From assembly GCA_032718475.1 (NCBI GenBank), contig JAUCBJ010007936.1:160186-224185 (forward strand): a DNA stretch of 64,000 bases. Reading direction: 5' to 3'. A model generated the notes under the pieces. The model ran no database searches, was not told the origin of the DNA, and was given only the letters and a program-made list of their open reading frames with translations. Shown here one piece after another: positions 13,175 to 27,400 of this stretch. Both the position numbers and the translations under genes were made by a program. Origin of the DNA: Nemertoderma westbladi. Its lineage: Eukaryota; Animalia; Xenacoelomorpha. Numbering within the stretch: the stretch's first letter is position 1; the number at the start of each line of letters is the position of its first letter.

Positions 13175-15013
13175 CTATGAGTGAGAAGATTGACAGTTTT
13201 GACATATAACCTGTCTTTGGACAGTTGAATGGGTTTTACAAACTGAATTCTTGCAAGTATCACAGCAATCTCGAGTGGATGAACGACCTTGTGCACCACT
13301 ACACAGTTTACACTTTCGTGGACCAGATGATATCGATCCAATGGCTACTTTTCGTTGGTAACCGAGCATTAGAGCTGCTTGTCGAGATATAACAGGAGTA
13401 CAATCAAGATCTACTCGTCTCTTTAGCTCTTCATCTGCAAGCGTAAGCGCCAGTGTCTTTAGGAATGAGCTACGGGAATCCTCATATCCAACCTTATCTA
13501 GAAGGAGAAATCCGTTTAGAGCAACGATGTCAATCATGTTCATAAATATGACAACAGGCCAACGATTGGTCTTTCGTTTGCATGTGAAGTGGCTAATCCT
13601 CTCATCCATAATGTCGACGCCATACTTAGTCATATTGTAATCTTCAACAACCTTAGGTGTCTTCTTAGCATTATCATCAACCTCAAATCGATTATGGCTG
13701 CTACTTAGCAAATTTACTATCTTGTTTTTTTTTGGCTTTGTATGAGCACAAGAGAACATTGAACTCGTTGTTGTAGGCGAACATGCTAGAATTTAATTCA
13801 CGACCTTTCAACTTATTGAGCTCAGCAGGTTTCTCACGTCGGTTTGCCTTCGTAGTTCTGAGAAGCGTCATGTCTACCTTCTTCAGACGCTGTGCGAGCT
13901 CAAGCGAGGTGAAATAATTGTCTGTTGTGATGTTTCTGCCAGTGCCATGGTAGGGGATGGTTAATAACATCACAACGTCAGTGGCTAAGCCCACATGGAC
14001 TGAGTCTCCCTCCTTACCCCCATAAATGAATCCTCGCAATGCAAATCCGGAAGAAGCTTCATATAACCAGAAGATCTTAGTGCCGAATTTCTTTGGTTTT
14101 TGTGGCATATAAGCCCTCCCTGGAACTCGACCTCTAAATCCAAGTAATTGCTCATCAACAGTAAGATGAGCTTCTGGGATGATATGTTTTTCAGTTGTTC
14201 TTGCAGCATTTCCCAAACCTCTCTAATGGCTGCAAATTTATCGTTATCTGCCGATTTCCTCTGATCTTGGGTTGATTTGTCATCGAAACGGAGGCACTCC
14301 AGAAACAGGTAGAACGGCTTATAGCCATGGCTGCCTTAAATAATGGTGGACCATGAATTGGGTGCCACAAATCTCTTGGTGACAACTACGGTATACACCG
14401 CCATGATCAGTATTCCTATACCAGCCTTCATTTCACCAAATGAAAATTGTCTAAACTTGCGAGACTTTACCCTGGCTAGTATCTTTCCCTTTTCATTTGT
14501 CTGACGAAGAACAATGTATAAAATTTCCCTGGTCATGAATTGCATGAAACCATCAATTTCTGATTTCGGTTTGTTCAAAACAGTTGCTGAAAATCGAATG
14601 ACATCTGCTTGTTGCCGTCGAACTGGAGCAGGCTCTATATCTGAATAAACTGTTCCATCCTTTGATCGGTATGTGGCATCATCAACAGCCATTATGGTTT
14701 CATCAGAGGAATCTGATCCATATCCCGTGTTGTAGGCTGTCAGTAGGTTGTCACTTACATCCGAATCCCCCGATTCCTCAGTAAGTTCATAGTCACTGTC
14801 ACTCAAAACAGTCACAGAATCATCATCAATGCTATTAGGGCCACCCTCACTAAGAGCTTCACAATCTCCATCATAATTGTCCTCTTCGTCTTCAAACATA
14901 TCTAGATCTACGTGATGCAAATTTCTCAGCTGTTGAGGCTGTTGTGACATTGATGGTTCAGAATCAATTTCTCCAAACAGTTGGTGTGCTAATGCAGAGT
15001 TGTAAGCAGCCAT
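13175..15013 (-). pseudogene. piggyBac transposase, frameshifted
   Basis: TVDEQL, YMPQKPKKFG, TTDNYFTS, YNMTKYGVDIMD and RWP motifs; C-terminal Cys-rich CKLC...CCDTCKNSVCKTH...CQNC; acidic N-terminus. Split across 4 ORFs. Confidence 0.93.
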
Positions 15014-16174
15014 ATTTTGATGCGAAACTAAACGAGTACTGTATCATAAAATATAATATTCACAAAATTAAAATCGTTGGAAACAAAGAAAAATATAATA
15101 CAGAGTACGAGTACGTCTATTACCGGTACCTGATACTCTGTTTTATAACGGAATTGTTTCCAAATATAAATCACCTTAGTGTGACTCGATATAGTTACGG
15201 TCCTGTAGAGTAATTCAATTGGTTATTCAACATAGCTCAGACACCAGTAATAAGAGCTGCCCAGCTATCAGCCATCCCACTATATATGGTAAAGTTTAGT
15301 GTAAAACGCACTCTTTATATCATTAATTTGTGTTGTCTCTAGCCTTTTGCCCCAGCCAGTCAGCTAGCCTAGAGTACATGAAATCTAATCAGTGAACAGA
15401 TTTAGAGGAAAATTTAACTAGATTCATAAGGAATATTCATGACTACATTTGTAGTCTAAGTATGCAATAGAGGTAAAACCACGTTTTTTCGGGCGCTTCG
15501 TATTTAAATATTGTGTAAGGAATGGATTAAATGAAAGTTTGATATATATTGAACAGCTAGATGGCGTTTCAAGTATTTTGGACAACCTTCATCTATCAAC
15601 ATTTTCACCGCAAAGATACCTACTATGTAGATAACTATGTAGATACTATATAGATAACTACGGTGTTAAGCCTACTACGACGGTACGGTACTGACAAAGG
15701 AAGAAAATGATGTACATATAGTACACTGACCTACATAGATATTATGACGTGGCGGGTTCAGGCAAGATGAGAATGACATTGTATCTGTACGGGCCGTATC
15801 AGATGTGTACAGTCAAGGAGGAATCGACCAATGGTTAGTGTTAACGCTCATCATGAGGGTCTGAGGATGAGTGCGTGATTCGAAGTGAAATATAACGGCA
15901 GAAAGTCTGGTATTCTTCACATGGGCCTTTCTAAGGATCTAACCATTTTTCCAATTAATTTAAATTATGTTTTCGCAATATTTGTTAATGAAATTACGTG
16001 TTCAATGTCTATTGATTGTTATCTTGTTGATTATTGATGTCTATTGATATTGTTGTATAAATTAAAAAAATATATGTTGATTTTACGTATTCTTTATTTT
16101 ATAAATCCTAATGCGGCCGTCAGGCCGTTTTGATCTACTGTAAACTGTCGTATGATATTTTAATGGATGTTTAA

Positions 16175-18663
16175 CAAGGACTGCTATACTACAGGACTGG
16201 CACACTGAATATCCAGACCCCGCTAGCGGGGTCCATTAGTTCCCTTCTAATATGGCTCCGAAATAGATGCAAATTTGTTAAATTTTCAATTTTCTCCCAC
16301 AGATAATTGTTATTTATTCTTCATATGTGTTTATGACGAACCTAGCTACCTCAAACCTGCCTCGCTGCCTGCTTTAACGTTTGAGGCTGATATAATTATT
16401 GCTAAGCCAGTGATAGTCCATATACCATAATACTGTATGGTAGTAATCGTGCTCGTGCACTATGCATAATAAATTCAGACACCACCGGCACCGCCCACTA
16501 CTCTCGCCACCAGCCCAGCCCAATACATTAATTAAACATCTTAGTGGGGCGAGCCACGTAGTGGTTGAAGCTTTACCGTACAGATTTCATAATGTTGACA
16601 TTCTTGTGATCTGCAATTTAAGATTATAAATTTTAACACGCAAAATGAATATTAAATAACGATTAGAAAATTTATTTATTTCCAGCAGCTGCTATTGCAA
16701 TCTGCAATGGTTTTCATATGTATAAATTGCCGGCAGTGTAGGTAGACACACTCGATTCAAAATAACAACAGCAATTGGCCCTTAAAAGGGGCATTTGGGT
16801 TGAGTTGTATTACAGTATGTGACATGTGTCTGTAGGCATATTGAATTATCAAAATTAATTACAATTAAATTAATAGATAGTCGAATAGTCAATCTTCACT
16901 ACAGAAGATTAATGTCCTTTATCCAGACCGGCAATGCGGAGAAATTTCCTGTTGGTTCCGTGACCTTCGGAAGATCGCTTTTCAGAGCACATCATGCTGG
17001 AGCGTTTCTGCATTCCGTTTAACAGTGTGTTCGCAAGGGTGGTATTCAATATCCTTTACAGTAATTGACTGGTTAGAACCGGTCATACCACGCAGACATC
17101 CGAACTCACCCTCTAAGCGATCTTGGGAAACTGTTCCAGTAAGAAAGTATGTGAACCCGCTGCTTAAAAGGTAGCGAGAAAGGTCTATCATACCGGCCGT
17201 CGACTGGCACAGCGCCCTGTGGGTATCTGTCGTAAGACTCCGTATGCGACGGACACCAATACCGCGAGGTAACGAGCGAAATTCCTCCACTAAGCCCTTC
17301 AGCGACTCGATGGCAGCACAGTCGGATGATGTTATGGCAGGATTCGGCAGCAGGCGTACCAGCTGGTAAGCTGTTCTTTGCTTTACGAATGGCCGTTTCT
17401 ATGAGCAAATCACTGGTGACTCCCTGTTTTAGCGATCTTATCTTCCTTTCGCATGGAAGAATAGCAATCTGCCGCAGTATACTATATGGCAGACGCGGGT
17501 AGCCCTGAACAGCCAGTAGATAATCCGACTGTGAGTAACACTTCGAACCGCTACAATGCAGCTGCAACTGATGGGATATAAACTCCAGCTGGGTTTTGTA
17601 TTTATAATCAGAGCTGGAGGCGATAGCGTCATCAATCAACTCTCGGGCTTTCAGCAGCAAGTTCTCGGTCGTTCCTACCACGCTTCGTTTAACTGCGACA
17701 ATAACCTCCAACAGCTGGGACCAGCGAATGAGCTGCGCGTTAGGAGCGAGGCAATAGTTGAGCGATATACGTTTGTTAGTAGGATTAAACGCAGTAACAT
17801 AGATATCACTGCAGAGAAGCTGCCTCGTTTCAATACATATTTTGCCAGCGTAGGAATCGCTGACAAAAACATACAGCATAACAGCATAATGAAATCAGCA
17901 GTTATCTTAACAAATATATCGACGGATTCAACACGAACATTGTTGCGAATCCACGTTTCGACATCGCCACGGAAGATATCGAACCCGCCAATTACATCCC
18001 GGCGGTTTAGCGATTGAACCTGTCACTCTTCGATCGGTGGCTCCACTCGTAACTTCCATGGTGGCGGAGGAACACAGGATGCTGGAACCCCAGGAAAGAA
18101 GAATGGCGGGATAATCGGCCGCAACGCTCCTCCTGGGAACCTTCCGATGAGGGATATCCTGCGGGAATCCTGGCCAATGTCGTATACAAAGAACAGCATC
18201 GGCGCTATACTTTATGGGCGATCCATCAGGAGCAGACTGCTTTGGAAGAGCAGCAATCCATTGCTGACGTTCCACGCCGAATGGGAGCTTGACAGTTCGT
18301 ACAGTTCTTCCCTCGTATTTGCCATCGCATCCATACACACAACAGTGTTTCCCCATTCCAGTTTATAACCGGAATAATCTGATATTACTGTGATGTGTGT
18401 TAAAACTACCGTAGCTACCGATACTAAGCTGCAGCCTGTCAGGGTCAGCCTGTAGTTATGTTAAACCTTTTTAACATTACTAAATAATAAATATTAAATT
18501 CTGTACATAAATATAAATCCACTGATTTAAAAAAGTACATAAGTAATTGGGTTGATTACACAGTTGTACAGCCAGACAGCAGTACTGGAATTCTGCAACT
18601 AATGGACCCCGCTAGCAGGGTCTGGATATTCAGTGTGCCAGTCCTGTAGTATAGCAGTCCTTG
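16175..18663 (-). mobile_element. P-element-like DNA transposon, internally deleted (2.49 kb)
   Basis: About 66-bp near-perfect TIRs CAAGGACTGCTATACTACAGGACTGGCACAC...; 8-bp flanks ATGTTTAA/ATGTGTAA; THAP and P-type C-terminal motifs inside. Confidence 0.9.
16982..18356 (-). pseudogene. THAP-domain P-type transposase remnant
   Basis: THAP: CCVYGC...LP...W...LCIRHW. Middle fragment YSILRQIAILPCERKI. C-terminal YFLTGTVSQDRLEGEFGCLRGMTGSN. Central catalytic region appears missing. Confidence 0.85.
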
Positions 18664-19796
18664 ATGTGTAACTTTAACTTCTTCTTTCTTTTATCCGCGA
18701 CGCAATAAAATATAACTGTAACCGTAGCCTATTGACTTTCGTCTATTATAAGCAATATAACCACTACACCAAGGTGGGCTCTGAACCAAGGTGGGACAAG
18801 TGTCAGATACCGTCAGATCAGATCAGATAAGGACAGACGTTTTAGCCATCCTAGATTGGGATGGGACCAAGACGTACTAAATGCCAAGTATATAATATGC
18901 CTTGGATGGGATGGTTGTTTAGTGGGATGTGACTGAGTGACGGAAAAATTAAAACAAACAAATTTACGGACTGGTCCCCCAGAATGAAAATTACAAGTAC
19001 CAGTAGCACAAAAATATTAACTGTTAAATTTTGGCACTGGTTTTGTAATTCTGAATTCTAAACTGGTTTTCAAGGTCACAGATCACGATACAACTCGTTA
19101 AAAATCATTCATGGCACCTTAACTATCATTTTTGGGCTTGTCTGGTGGGACGAAAAATACAAGTAGCAAAATATTTCAAATAGCAAAAATATAACTTGGT
19201 TGGATAATACGATATTTTTGAATGTCATATTCGGAGACAGGGGGGGGGGGGGACTGGACGCAAAACCCGCCTTGGCGAATTAATATCCTGCATCAATGTT
19301 AAATTCGCGATAGAGGGAAAGGAGCAGCAGGTTACAGTGGCACGTTATTTTAACCAAAACAATAAACTAAACACAATAGAACAGGTTACAGTTTTATTTT
19401 TGAGAGTAATCAGCTGTTATTTGCGTTGAATTTCCCCTGGGGAGGGATGAATTTTTATTGCGTCCAGTTTCCCCCCCTATCTGCATATTCGTTATCAGCA
19501 TCCCAGAAAACCCATAAGGGCAATTCTACGAAAAGGTCACCACCACTACCAAAAATTTAATTGAATCCACTATACATAAGATGGGTTTTAAAGTAATGTT
19601 GATACCCCAAATTGTTAGAAAAAAATACACTGACCCCAATATTTTTACATAATTGCAAAAAAAATTGGTACTTTATATGATGTAAAATATAAAGCTGTAA
19701 ATCATACAGAAATTTCATTCAAATAGTTTTGCACTTATTTATATATATATATTTAACAATAAGCCTAGCGTTATTTAGGCACCAAATAAAATTAAG

Positions 19797-20188
19797 GATA
19801 ATACTATTCATTAAGCGATATTTGCACTTATTTATACCTTATGGGGAGAAGGAACACCTGAAACAACCAATTCATGATAGAAACACGAATGTAGTAACAG
19901 TATGGAAGCTTTGGTTACTTCATATATAAGGTACCATGTTCAACTGTGCAATTGTAATAAACCAAGCCCAAAAATTACGTCCGTTACGAAAAGATAATAC
20001 TATTCATTAAGCGATATTTGCACTTATTTATACCTTATGGGGAGAAGGAACACCTGAAACAACCAATTCATGATAGAAACACGAATGTAGTAACAGTATG
20101 GAAGCTTTGGTTACTTCATATATAAGGTACCATGTTCAACTGTGCAATTGTAATAATCCAAGCCCAAAAATTACGTCCGTTACGAAAA
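19797..20188. repeat. 196-bp tandem duplication inside the Sola2 5' region
   Basis: 19797-19992 and 19993-20188 are almost identical. Confidence 0.92.
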
Positions 20189-20718
20189 AAGTAAAAATTT
20201 TTAAAGTACAGGGGGAAAGGTTGATGTATTTAACTCATTGCTTTTAGTGCAAAGCAGAATTATTGTCTAGTAACTTGAGACAAAAAATTAACATCAATAC
20301 AGCATGACTTTGGTGTGTATTTGTTGTAACGGACGTAACTAATGTAGAATATGTGTAAATTGAGGAAATTCATCCAGTAACAATTACCAGTTCTGTGGTG
20401 TCTTTAGAGGTTATTTTAAGACTTTTAAATGCAAATTAAGTTCATCAGAACGTTTTCTTATGGAATTTAAACACATGACAGTCCATTCTGAATTTGAAAG
20501 TATTCCGTATAGGTACCAGAAGAAGGGTTTGGTTATATAGAGCAGTAGCTATCTCTAAGAGCCTGTACTGGTGGTACCACCTAACAGACGGACAGAGAAA
20601 TTGAAAGTATTTCATTTTTTCCATACTACTGGTTTCTTTAAACACCTCTAACAGTCAGCATACTGTAGTACTGTATACAGTAATAAGACATTGATTATTT
20701 TATTTATGAGATATTCCT

Positions 20719-22720
20719 ATGGGTAAGGCGGCTAAAATACGTATGAAGGAGATGAGAGAGCGAATAAAGAGCTGCCCTATACGGCATGAAACTGCAAAGT
20801 TAAAAGATAGTCTAAGAAAAGCCAAGGAGAGAAAGATAAAACACGATAAAATTAGTGAGCTGGAATTGAATCTCCATAGAGCCAAAGAATGTAAACGTGT
20901 AACAGAATATAAGAGAAAGAAGCGGGTTGAGGCACATGGTAGTGGCTTAGCAATAATAAAGTACCCAAAACGTGCTTACAAAAATAAACAAGCATTAGGG
21001 AAAGCAGTGAAACGATTACAGCAGTCTTTGCCCCAATCCCCACGCAAAAAAAGCAACTTTCTGCGATTTTGGCGAAGGAATGTGGGCTAAGGAATAAGTT
21101 GTTCGATAAAAATATAATTAAATCGCGTTTGGACCAAGTATCAAGAGGTAGATGGATTTTTTAGACAAGACAACATTAGTAGGATGGCTCCTGGAATTAA
21201 AGATAAGGTAATCTTAAAGGGACATGGGAAAAAGATAGTGAAACAGAAAAGTTATCTTGTAGATAAGCTTCAAGAGTCATATGCAATTTACTTAGAAGAA
21301 TATCCTTGGAGGAAGATTGGATTTAGTACATTTGCCAGCCTCCGGCCTGCTGATGGTCTTCTCAGTAAATCGGTTCCAGTTGATGTCTGTCTTTGTCAGC
21401 TGCATGAGAACTTTATTGCCCTGGTTAGGGCAATTTGGCCACTTAATCAATACAGTCATACCTGGATACATTATAACATAGTTTGTAATCCGAGTACAGA
21501 ATCTTGCTTTCAGAGCACATGTATTAACTGTAAGTTTAATATAAACAACCTGATTGAAGACATCCCGCTGAATGTTTAGGATATCACGTTCATGCTATGG
21601 GAAAAGTCGGAGGAAGATCGACTTGTTAAACTAAAGAAAACAATGTCACTGGAGGATGGGCTGATTCTGGTGAAGGAGTTACTTCCTCAATTCTTGAAAC
21701 ATTTCTATATTAAACGAAACCAAGAGAAGAGATATTTAGAAGATAAAGCTAGTGCATCACCCTCAAGAAGTCATTCAAATTGACTTCTCAGAGAATTATA
21801 CCTGCTTTTACCAGAGGGAGATCCAGTCCGCCCATTGGAACCAAACTCAGTTGACAGTCTTCACAGCTTGTGTTTGGAAGGGAGATGTAGAAAGTCCTCA
21901 CAATTATGCATTGGTCAGCAATAATTTAACCCATGACAAGTGCACTGCCATCAGCTACCTTTGTAGAGTGATAGATAAGCATATTCAGGGTCTCATGGAA
22001 CTCTCCATTTGGTTTGATGGACCATCGAGCCAATTTAAAAATAGATACATTGTGGAACTGCTACCACAGATAGTAGCTCACTACAATCTAAATAAGCTGG
22101 AATGGAATTATTTTCCTACATCATATGGGAAGGGTCCTGTTGATGGAATAGGGGCTAGCATAAAGCAAATGGTCCGACAACAGGTTATCAGTGGCCAAGG
22201 AGATATTACTGTTCGAGATGCAGAAAGTTATGTGAAGGTAGCGGAAAAATATCCTTCCAAAGTTAAGGTAATTGAAGACAATGGAACACCCTCTATCGAC
22301 TATTCAGATTTGGATAGTGCCTCTGCCGTGCCTGGAATAATGTCAAAACATTACATTGAAGTTAGTGGAAAGAAAATGTCACTGTTGGATATGACACCCC
22401 CAAGACAGAATCAGTTTCAGACATACAACCTCCAAAATCGCAGTCAACAGCAAGCTCCAAGATCACAATATGTCCCAGGCGATTATGTATCCGTGGCCTA
22501 TCCAATAGAGGGTAAGAAATCATATCAAATATTTGTTGGATGCATAGTTGAAGTAATGAACTGTGACCTATCAGTGCAGTTCTTTAAGAAACAACAGGCA
22601 TTCTTCACAATTAAAGAAGGATTCAATTGATTCCGAAAATCTGGGTTAAGAATAAACTTCCACACCCTTCTGTTAACTCTAGGGGTCATTACTTCTTTGG
22701 AGATGGACTGAAAATTTAGT
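20719..22720 (+). pseudogene. Sola2-type transposase, fragmented
   Basis: IGFSTFASLRP, CLCQLHEN, IDFSENY...EIQSAHW, HDK, DGPSSQFKN, SYGKGPVDGIG. Several stops and frameshifts. Confidence 0.87.
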
Positions 22721-24439
22721 TAAATTATTACTAATTTAATTTAATTTAATAATTTAATAACTAAATATTTAATAATAAAAAATATTTATTCTGATAAGTA
22801 ATGGGTTTGCACACATGTATGTTTTTAGATGAAAACCATCATTTTGCACAAAATTAACAGTAATGCTATATAACTTAATCGCACAGTTACGTCCGTTACA
22901 AATGATGGTTACATCCGTTACGAAAATCAATTACAAACTGCACGAACACCATTGGTCAGCAGCCCTAAATAGCTTTATTTATAAGTTCAGCATCTAATCT
23001 GTTATCAATACTAAGCAGGGTTTGGCAGTACATTCCCACAATTCGCACGAATAGTGATGAGAACAAGACTACCTCATACATCGCATTTTGTGTGATTACG
23101 TCCGTTACAGGTGTATTAACTTGCCCTACAAGCAATTATTAAATAATAATCTGGGGTATTTACATTATAGTACCAGTTGTACAGCAACTCCCTACAAATT
23201 ATTAATAAAAAATATGCAGTGCTGTTCACAGTGGAGGCCTTTAAACTCTGTGATAGTTACGTCCGTTACCATGGAATGGCCCATAATGTCTAAAAATCAG
23301 GTTGATTATGAAATGATTTTTGATTATCAAATTTGTGTTACCGGTACTTGTATTTTTCATTTTCATGCTGCACATTGACACATATCCAAAAATTCCCTAA
23401 ACAACAATGTACAATATATTTCAGTGTCATATTCGTGATTAGCATCGCAAAACCCCATATGGTCATAAAATCAATTTGATTTTGTGGTGATTTTTCATTA
23501 TCATATTTGCACTACTTGTTTTTTTCGTGCCCCATAAACAATAATCTATCTATACTAACTCTTCAGTCATTCACCTTATTAGACATTCAGCTGTACTGGT
23601 CAGATTAATAGTGCTTTATTATATATATGTGGTGCAGGGTTTATTGATTATCTTTTTAGATCATTATTATTATTTATCAGAATACTATTTGCATTATTGT
23701 TAATGGCGCAGTGTGTAGGATGTCTTTTCTGATAATAATTCTTACAAAATAAATTAATTATTTAATTAAATTAAATTAAATTTATTTATTATTTATTTGA
23801 ATATTATGCGGATAATATATTATTCCCAATGGCGACCATTTCAATCGATTGTCCACGAGATGAATGCACGTACAGTACTCCAAACCTGCCCCCTGAATTA
23901 GCGGTTGAAGTACTAAAAATTCACTCTGGGGGACACGCCCAAAACACAGGGTCAGTGGCATGCAAACCTGAAAAAATGCATCGTCCAATAGCGACCTTGA
24001 AGATGTCTGAAACGACTTGGAGGGACTTCCTATCGCTTCCTACCATTAACTGATGTTGTCATTAAGGCTGAAGCAGAGGAACAAGGTAGGTTAGCCCAGC
24101 CTATATTGACAAAAGATATAACAGTTAGCAATACCACAACCGTTAATGCACACAAGTCAGACTATAAGCATATGAAAAGCCAATGTCAAACCCCCCCAAA
24201 TCAAAACGGTCCAAGACTTGAACTGAAATGTACATATTGTGGGCAGCAGGGTCATGGAAGATTCCCAGGTGCGAAATCCCGATCTGAGAATTGTCCATAA
24301 AAAGTGTCTGGGTTGTAGCAAAAAAGGACACATTAAGTCAGTCTGCCGGAACAGGAGACAAGAACATGTCAAAGTGTCAAATATCGATTTGACCGATGAT
24401 GAGGCAGATGACGCATGTTTCATGTTACTCCCTACCGTA

Positions 24440-27400
24440 CTGCCCTTCTAAGGTAAAAGGTCGCAACTCAATTTTTTCAAATTTTGAGTTAGGGTGCGTA
24501 ATGGCCGCAGATTAGCATTGCCAGTCCCTTTGGGTAAGGTAGAGAGCCATATCTTGTAATAATTCACAGTAAAACTGGATACTGCCTTTTACCTTATATG
24601 TCATCATAGAATAATTTAGTTAGATAGTAAGGTAAACAGCAGTAACTTTTATAGTTTACTGAATACAGTAGTATGGTTAAGATTTTCAGTGGGAAATTCA
24701 ACCCATGCCATCTAAGAGCCATACAAGAGCTGTACAACTAGATGACTACAATGTAAACCTAGGCCTGTAACTGTACTTTTAACTTTTTATCAATCTGCAT
24801 TGCAAATAGACAAACAGCCAGATTTCAGCATTTGATTCATTGTCAATTTGGTTCTACTGGTTGTATTTACCAGAACTGACTAAAAACTGATTGTTAGTAA
24901 AAATTTCTTTGTTCATGATGGCCACCGGTACTTCTCGATCTACCAATAGTGATGAGGATTATAATCCCAACTGGAGTGATCAGTCTAGTGATGAGTCCTT
25001 GATTGAGTGATGAGTACGATGGAAGATATGCTAGTTTGGAAGAGTTGGAAATGCTGGCCGGCATCCACAGACGTCCAAAAAAACGACCTAAAAAGGGTAT
25101 CCAATTAAAGACTCCTGATAGGCCTAATCAGGGCATTGAGACTGATATCGACCGAACAGGCACAATTAGTAACCAACCACCGGTTGATGAGAATGTTAAC
25201 AATCAAACATGTGAGAGTGGGACTAGCGGTGACATTGGCAAGGAACCGGGTCAGATTGTAAATGATCAATCAGGTGAGATTGCCGATGACCGAGAGGCGG
25301 CCGAGGTGGAAGCTGCCAATTTTGTTACCGAGAATAGAAAGCGTGCTCCAAAGGGACAGCCGAAAAAAAACGAGCAAATACAATCGAAGAACAGCAAGTT
25401 CATGATCGCAGTAAGCATGCAGTCTTGCCTCCATGTTCGACATCGTGTTACCAAAAGTGTCGTACAAAAATTACTGAAGTTGATCGAGTACAAATTAATA
25501 AAGATTACTGGCTCTTGGGTGTAATAGAGCGACGTCTTTGGATAAGAACAAGTGTTCTTTCCAAAGCCAAAAAGCAGCCTGGATCAAGTGATTCAAGACG
25601 ATCCCAAATGCTGGAATACCACTTCAAAGGTTTAACTGTCTGCAGGAAATTTTTTTTGACAACACTGGGCTATAAGCCTAATAATGATAAGCCAATTACT
25701 TCAGCTCTACAGACACTGAATTCAGACGGAGATGTTGTTAGAAGGAATCCTGGCTTATCAACCAGTTTGCTTCCAGCACCGGATCGACGTGGTCGCCACA
25801 GTCCACCAAACAAGTTGGACACTGAGAAGATTGTTCAACACATTGAAACGTACCACCCTTGTGCTCCTCATTATAGGCGAGAACATGCTCCGAACAGACG
25901 ATATCTGCCGGAAGACTGTACAACGGAAATTATGCATTCAGATTTTGAGGAAAAACATTTTAAATGCAGCATTGAGATTTACCGCCAAACAATCCGTGAA
26001 CAGAATATCCGGCACACTAAACTGGGCAGCGAAGAATGTGAAACATGTGAAGAATATGATCAACACAAAAAAGGGAAGAATTGTCAGGGAAATAAAGCTA
26101 CTGATATAGAAAAGAATGAGATTCGAGTTGGTCAAACAAGCGAGAATGAAAATAGGGAGGCAACTGCTGGAGAAAATGCAGTTGAATGCAGCGAGTGTGT
26201 TGCCAACCTGATACATGTTATGAAATACAAGGAGGCAAGGGCGGCATATAAGGATGATGGGGAGAAAAATATAAATGCCACTGCCGTTGATATGGAAAAG
26301 GTGATGATGTTACCTAGGATGGAGGGATTTAAAATTTGCCTATTCACACGTCGACTTGTAATGTTTCACGAAACTTTTGCTCCCTTACGTGGGAAAGGGA
26401 CGCCATTTTCGGTCATCTGGCATGAGGGTGTTACTGGTCGAGATGCCAGTGATGTTGCCAATGCATTCTGGTTGTATTTTCTCGAAAAGCGCGACATGAC
26501 AGATATTCTGCTGTGGCTAGATAACTGTGGTTACCAAAACAAGAACTGGACACTTATTAGTTTGCTGATTCGTGCTGTAAATGGCCCAGAGATCAGTGCT
26601 GAAACAATCACACTGAAATACCTCGAAGCTGGACACACACAGAACGCTTGTGACTCAGTACATGCCACTATTGAGAGAAAGTTACGAGCAAAGGGGAAAG
26701 TCTATGATTTTACTGATATGGCGGAATGCATTGGCAGTGCAGGTTGTCAAGTTAAAGAAATGACATCCCCAAGTCAGGTAGTGCAGTGGCCAAACAATGT
26801 AAGCCAGTATTATCTGGGCAAATCCACGTGTCGACCTTATTTTGCAAACATGGTATTGCTTCAGGTGCGACGAGGATCAGATTTGCTCTTCTGGATGGAG
26901 CGTCACACAGAAAACGAATACAAAAGCCATCGAAAAGTACAATTTGTCCAGAATTTAATGAGTCACTTCCTAGCTGTTTGAGCAAAGTTCGGGGAATTCC
27001 TGCCGATAAGAAGCAGGATATCATAACCAACCTATGCCCACTAATGCCTGTAAACAGAATAACGTTTTGGGAAAATTTCCCCACAGGATCTGGGCCCGAC
27101 TTACAGAAAACTACATGAACTGTGTCGAAAATAATCACACCTATTTAGGTACTTATAAACTTAAAACTATTCGGAGATTATCTTTTCTGTTACAGCGTAG
27201 ACTGGTTTCTGCTCTGCTCTAGTTATATATAGCGCCACTTTTGTAGTACCAGCACTTAAATAGTGGATTACATTATTAAAAATCGATCAAAAAAATAATT
27301 ACTGTTTTCTACCTTACCACAATTGTTATTATATTGATATTCCATCTAAGGTAAAAGGCAGTATCTCATTTTTCACTTGACTGAGTGATTCATCATTAAA

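Larger units (their letters stand above)
10267..15473 (-). mobile_element. Decayed piggyBac element interrupted by a LINE
   Basis: Imperfect ~35-bp inverted ends sharing TATTGCA-n6-GACTACAAnTGTAGTCA (about 10267-10301 and 15439-15473). Transposase remnants inside. TTAA flanks are degenerate. Confidence 0.65.
19518..23282 (+). mobile_element. Sola2-like DNA transposon, defective
   Basis: Termini GGGCAATTCTACG and CATGGAATGGCCC; perfect 4-bp TSD ATAA; repeated subterminal motif TTACGTCCGTTAC. Confidence 0.85.

Noticed and set aside
10237-15844. Alternative piggyBac ends TTAA-CACTAA ... TTAGTG-TTAA
   Set aside because: Only 6 bp of inverted match; the 10267/15473 pair shares a longer motif. 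Not fully excluded.
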